DNA of 64,000 nt from Eledone cirrhosa (taxonomy: Eukaryota). Below are positions 58,411-64,000 of this stretch, piece after piece (the stretch's first letter is position 1; each line of letters starts with the position of its first letter). The position numbers were made by a program, and so were the translations under genes. The stretch spans positions 5,394,001 to 5,458,000 of the forward strand of contig OZ024757.1 in the NCBI GenBank assembly GCA_964016885.1, in the 5' to 3' direction. The notes under the pieces were generated by a model. It had not been told where the DNA came from. It worked only from the letters and a program-made list of their open reading frames with translations, and made no database searches.

Positions 58411-61400
58411 ACATCTGATTCCTCTGATACCTAGTTTCTCTCCCTGTTCATCCATACACATCGCATGTCTATACCAACACAGTCTCCTCTCCTACATCTG
58501 ATTCCTCTTATACCTAGTTTCTCTCCCAGTTCATCCATACACATCACATGTCTATACCAACACAGTCTCCTCTCCTACATCTGATTCCTCTTATACCTAG
58601 TTTCTCTCCCAGTTCATCCATACACATCACATGTCTATACCAACACAGTCTCCTCTCCTACACCTGATTCCTCTTATACCTAGTTTCTCTCCCAGTTCAT
58701 CCATACACATCACATGTCTATACCAACACAGTCTCCTCTCCTACACACTACATGTGATTCCTCTTATAACTAGTTTCTCTCCCAGTTCATCCATACACAT
58801 CACATTTCTATACCAACACAGTCTCCTCTCCTACATCTGATTCCTCTTATACCTAGTTTCTCTCTCAGTTCATCCATACACATCACATGTCTATACCAAC
58901 ACAGTCTCCTCTCCTACATCTGATTCCTCTTATACCTAGTTTCTCTCCCAGTTCATCCATACACATCGCATGTCTATACCAACACAGTCTCCTCTCCTAC
59001 ATCTGATTCCTCTTATACCTAGTTTCTCTCCCAGTTCATCCATACACATCACATGTCTATACCAACACAGTCTCCTCTCCTACATCTGATTCCTCTTATA
59101 CCTAGTTTCTCTCCCAGTTCATCCATACACATCACATGTCTATACCAACACAGTCTCCTCTCCTACACCTGATTCTTCTTATACCTAGTTTCTCTCCCAG
59201 TTCATCCATACACATCACATGTCTATACCAACACAGTCTCCTCTCCTACACACTACATGTGATTCCTCTTATAACTAGTTTCTCTCCCAGTTCATCCATA
59301 CACATCCCATGTCTATACCAACACAGTCTCCTCTCCTACATCTGATTCCTCTTATACCTAGTTTCTCTCTCAGTTCATCCATACACATCACATGTCTATA
59401 CCAACACAGTCTCCTCTCCTACATCTGATTCCTCTTATACCTAGTTTCTCTCCCAGTTCATCCATACACATCACATGTCTATACCAACACAGTCTCCTCT
59501 CCTACATCTGATTCCTCTTATACCTAGTTTCTCTCTCCATCCATACACATCACACGTCTATACCAACACAGTCTCCTCTCCTACATCTGATTCCTCTTAT
59601 ACCTAGTTTCTCTCTCAGTTCATCCATACACATCACATTTCTATACCAACACAGTCTCCTCTCCTACATCTGATTCCTCTTATACCTAGTTTCTCTCTCA
59701 GTTCATCCATACACATCACATGTCTATACCAACACAGTCTCCTCTCCTACATCTGATTCCTCTTATACCTAGTTTCTCTCCCAGTTCATCCATACACATC
59801 GCATGTCTATACCAACACAGTCTCCTCTCCTACATCTGATTCCTCTTATACCTAGTTTCTCTCCCAGTTCATCCATACACATCACATGTCTATACCAACA
59901 CAGTCTCCTCTCCTACATCTGATTCCTCTTATACCTAGTTTCTCTCTCAGTTCATCCATACACATCACATGTCTATACCAACACAGTCTCCTCTCCTACA
60001 CACTACATGTGATTCCTCTTATAACTAGTTTCTCTCCCAGTTCATCCATACACATCACATGTCTATACCAACACAGTCTCCTCTCCTACATCTGATTCCT
60101 CTTATACCTAGTTTCTCTCCCAGTTCATCCATACATATCACATGTCTATACCAACACAGTCTCCTCTCCTACACACTACATCTGATTCCTCTTGTACCTA
60201 GTTTCTCTCTCAGTTCATCCATACACATCACATGTCTATACCAACACAGTCTCCTCTCCTACACACTACATCTGATTCCTGTCATACCTAGTTTCTCTCC
60301 CAGTTCATCCATACACATCACATGTCTATACCAACACAGTCTCCTCTCCTACACACTACATCTGATTCCTCTTATAACTAGTTTCTCTCCCAGTTCATCC
60401 ATACACATCACATGTCTATACCAACACAGTCTCCTCTCCTACATCTGATTCCTCTTATACCTAGTTTCTCTCTCCATCCATACACATCACACGTCTATAC
60501 CAACACAGTCTCCTCTCCTACATCTGATTCCTCTTATACCTAGTTTCTCTCTCAGTTCATCCATACACATCACATGTCTATACCAACACAGTCTCCTCTC
60601 CTACATCTGATTCCTCTTATACCTAGTTTCTCTCTCAGTTCATCCATACACATCACATGTCTATACCAACACAGTCTCCTCTCCTACACACTACATGTGA
60701 TTCCTCTTATAACTAGTTTCTCTCCCAGTTCATCCATACACATCACACGTCTATACCAACACAGTCTCCTCTCCTACATCTGATTCCTCTTATACCTAGT
60801 TTCTCTCTCAGTTCATCCATACACATCACATTTCTATACCAACACAGTCTCCTCTCCTACATCTGATTCCACTTATACCTAGTTTCTCTCTAAGTTCATC
60901 CATACACATCCCATGTCTATACCAACACAGTCTTCTCTCCTACACACTACATCTGATTCCTCTTATACCTAGTTTCTCTCTCAGTTCATCCATACACATC
61001 ACATGTCTATACCAACACAGTCTCCTCTCCTACATCTGATTCCTCTTATACCTAGTTTCTCTCTCAGTTCATCCATACACATCACATGTCTATACCAACA
61101 CAGTCTCTTCTCCTATACACTACATCTGATTCCTCTTATACCTAGTTTCTCTCTCAGTTCATCCATACACATCCCATGTCTATACCAACACAGTCTTCTC
61201 TCCTACACACTACATCTGATTCCTCATATACCTAGTTTCTCTCTCCATCCATACACATCACATGTCTATACCAACACAGTCTCCTCTCCTACATCTGATT
61301 CCTCTTATACCTATTTTCTCTCCCAGTTCATCCATACACATCACATGTCTATACCAACACAGTCTCCTCTCCTACATCTGATTCCTCTTATACCTAGTTT

Positions 61401-64000
61401 CTCTCTCAGTTCATCCATACACATCACATGTCTATACCAACACAGTCTCCTCTCCTACATCTGATTCCTCTTATACCTAGTTTCTCTCTCAGTTCATCCA
61501 TACACATCACATGTCTATACCAACACAGTCTCCTCTCCTACATCTGATTCCTCTTATACCTAGTTTCTCTCCCAGTTCATCCATACACATCACATGTCTA
61601 TACCAACACAGTCTCCTCTCCTACACCTGATTCCTCTTATACCTAGTTTCTCTCCCAGTTCATCCATACACATCACATGTCTATACCAACACAGTCTCCT
61701 CTCCTACACACTACATGTGATTCCTCTTATAACTAGTTTCTCTCCCAGTTCATCCATACACATCACATGTCTATACCAACACAGTCTCCTCTCCTACATC
61801 TGATTCCTCTTATACCTAGTTTCTCTCTCCATCCATACACATCACACGTCTATACCAACACAGTCTCCTCTCCTACATCTGATTCCTCTTATACCTAGTT
61901 TCTCTCTCAGTTCATCCATACACATCACATTTCTATACCAACACAGTCTCCTCTCCTACATCTGATTCCTCTTATACCTAGTATCTCTCTCAGTTCATCC
62001 ATACACATCCCATGTCTATACCAACACAGTCTTCTCTCCTACACACTACATCTGATTCCTCTTATACCTAGTTTCTCTCTCAGTTCATCCATACACATCA
62101 CATGTCTATACCAACACAGTCTCTTCTCCTATACACTACATCTGATTCCTCTTATACCTAGTTTCTCTCTCAGTTCATCCATACACATCCCATGTCCATA
62201 CCAACACAGTCTTCTCTCCTACACACTACATCTGATTCCTCATATACCTAGTTTCTCTCTCCATCCATACACATCACATGTCTATACCAACACAGTCTCC
62301 TCTCCTACATCTGATTCCTCTTATACCTATTTTCTCTCCCAGTTCATCCATACACATCACATGTCTATACCAACACAGTCTCCTCTCCTACATCTGATTC
62401 CTCTTATACCTAGTTTCTCTCTCAGTTCATCCATACACATCACATGTCTATACCAACACAGTCTCCTCTCCTACATCTGATTCCTCTTATACCTAGTTTC
62501 TCTCTCAGTTCATCCATACACATCACATGTCTATACCAACACAGTCTCCTCTCCTACATCTGATTCCTCTTATACCTAGTTTCTCTCCATCCATACACAT
62601 CACATGTCTATACCAACACAGTCTCCTCTCCTACATCTGATTCCTCTTATACCTAGTTTCTCTCTCCATCCATACACATCACATGTCTATACCAACACAG
62701 TCTCCTCTCCTACAGCTGATTCCTCTTATACCTAGTTTCTCTCCCAGTTCATCCATACACATCACATGTCTTTACCAACACAGTCTCCTCTCCTACATCT
62801 GATTCCTCTTATACCTAGTTTCTCTCTCAGTTCATCCATACACATCACATGTCTATACCAACACAGTCTCCTCTCCTACATCTGATTCCTCTTATACCTA
62901 GTTTCTCTCCCAGTTCATCCATACACATCACATGTCTATACCAACACAGTCTCCTCTCCTACATCTGATTCCTCTTATACCTAGTTTCTCTCCCAGTTCA
63001 TCCATACACATCGCATGTCTATACCAACACAGTCTCCTCTCCTACATCTGATTCCTCTTATACCTAGTTTCTCTCCCAGTTCATCCATACACATCACATG
63101 TCTATACCAACACAGTCTCCTCTCCGACATCTGATTCCTCTTATACCTAGTTTCTCTCCCAGTTCATCCATACACATCACATGTCTATACCAACACAGTC
63201 TCCTCTCCTACACCTGATTCCTCTTATACCTAGTTTCTCTCCCAGTTCATCCATACACATCACATGTCTATACCAACACAGTCTCCTCTCCTACACACTA
63301 CATGTGATTCCTCTTATAACTAGTTTCTCTCCCAGTTCATCCATACACATCCCATGTCTATACCAACACAGTCTCCTCTCCTACATCTGATTCCTCTTAT
63401 ACCTAGTTTCTCTCTCAGTTCATCCATACACATCACATGTCTATACCAACACAGTCTCCTCTCCTACATCTGATTCCTCTTATACCTAGTTTCTCTCCCA
63501 GTTCATCCATACACATCACATGTCTATACCAACACAGTCTCCTCTCCTACATCTGATTCCTCTTATACCTAGTTTCTCTCTCCATCCATACACATCACAC
63601 GTCTATACCAACACAGTCTCCTCTCCTACATCTGATTCCTCTTATACCTAGTTTCTCTCTCAGTTCATCCATACACATCACATTTCTATACCAACACAGT
63701 CTCCTCTCCTACATCTGATTCCTCTTATACCTAGTTTCTCTCTCAGTTCATCCATACACATCACATGTCTATACCAACACAGTCTCCTCTCCTACATCTG
63801 ATTCCTCTTATACCTAGTTTCTCTCCCAGTTCATCCATACACATCGCATGTCTATACCAACACAGTCTCCTCTCCTACATCTGATTCCTCTTATACCTAG
63901 TTTCTCTCCCAGTTCATCCATACACATCACATGTCTATACCAACACAGTCTCCTCTCCTACATCTGATTCCTCTTATACCTAGTTTCTCTCTCAGTTCAT

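Larger units (their letters stand above)
1..64000 (+). repeat. Tandem satellite DNA array, 83-bp consensus monomer with 90/79/77-bp length variants, ~765 copies, single orientation, open at both window ends
   Basis: Bases 1-83 recur at 84, 167, 250 and onward to the end of the window with typically 0-4 differences per monomer. No non-repeat sequence or reverse-oriented copy was seen. Confidence 0.99.

Noticed and set aside
307-63390. The many ORFs of 67-183 aa beginning MSIPTQS (longest 55377-55928)
   Set aside because: They are translations of the satellite. The ATG is part of the monomer, 83 is not a multiple of 3, and frames stay open only where 90-mers (30 codons) or stop-removing SNVs happen to be adjacent. 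No domain, coding signature or selection for frame is evident.
1-64000. CRISPR array or other repeat-spacer system
   Set aside because: There are no unique spacers; the whole unit is repeated. No cas or other genes and no leader are present.
1-64000. Telomeric repeat, suggested by the C-rich/G-rich strand asymmetry
   Set aside because: No short canonical telomere motif such as CCCTAA or CCTAA in tandem, and no chromosome end is visible. A subtelomeric or complex telomeric satellite cannot be excluded but is unsupported.
1-64000. Rolling-circle or concatemer artefact, or a synthetic repeat
   Set aside because: Variants are shared in hierarchical, position-dependent blocks at many different offsets rather than as random errors on a single period, which fits a naturally evolved array. 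Individual large duplications could still be mis-assembled.

Overview
The whole 64 kb window is one uninterrupted, head-to-tail tandem satellite array with no flanks. It holds roughly 765 monomers (64,000 / ~83.7 bp) of an 83-bp consensus, CCTACATCTGATTCCTCTTATACCTAGTTTCTCTCCCAGTTCATCCATACACATCACATGTCTATACCAACACAGTCTCCTCT (bases 1-83; A20 C30 G5 T28; no CpG). I see no genes, RNA genes, transposons, CRISPR spacers, unique sequence or inversions. Every ORF in the supplied track is a chance read-through of the repeat. The information lies in the variants: discrete monomer lengths (83, 90, 79, 77 bp) and a few dozen recurrent SNVs. These define a 21-monomer 1,757-bp higher-order module and nested duplications at about 0.4, 0.5, 1.57, 3.0, 3.6-3.9, 6.2, 9.7, 12-13 and 15.7-15.9 kb, with region-private marker alleles. 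The pattern resembles a eukaryotic satellite (centromeric, pericentromeric or subtelomeric), but organism, family and function cannot be assigned from this sequence. Offsets were read by hand from marker positions and the ORF track, so block boundaries are approximate (about one or two monomers). I cannot support a claim of a new gene-encoded system here.
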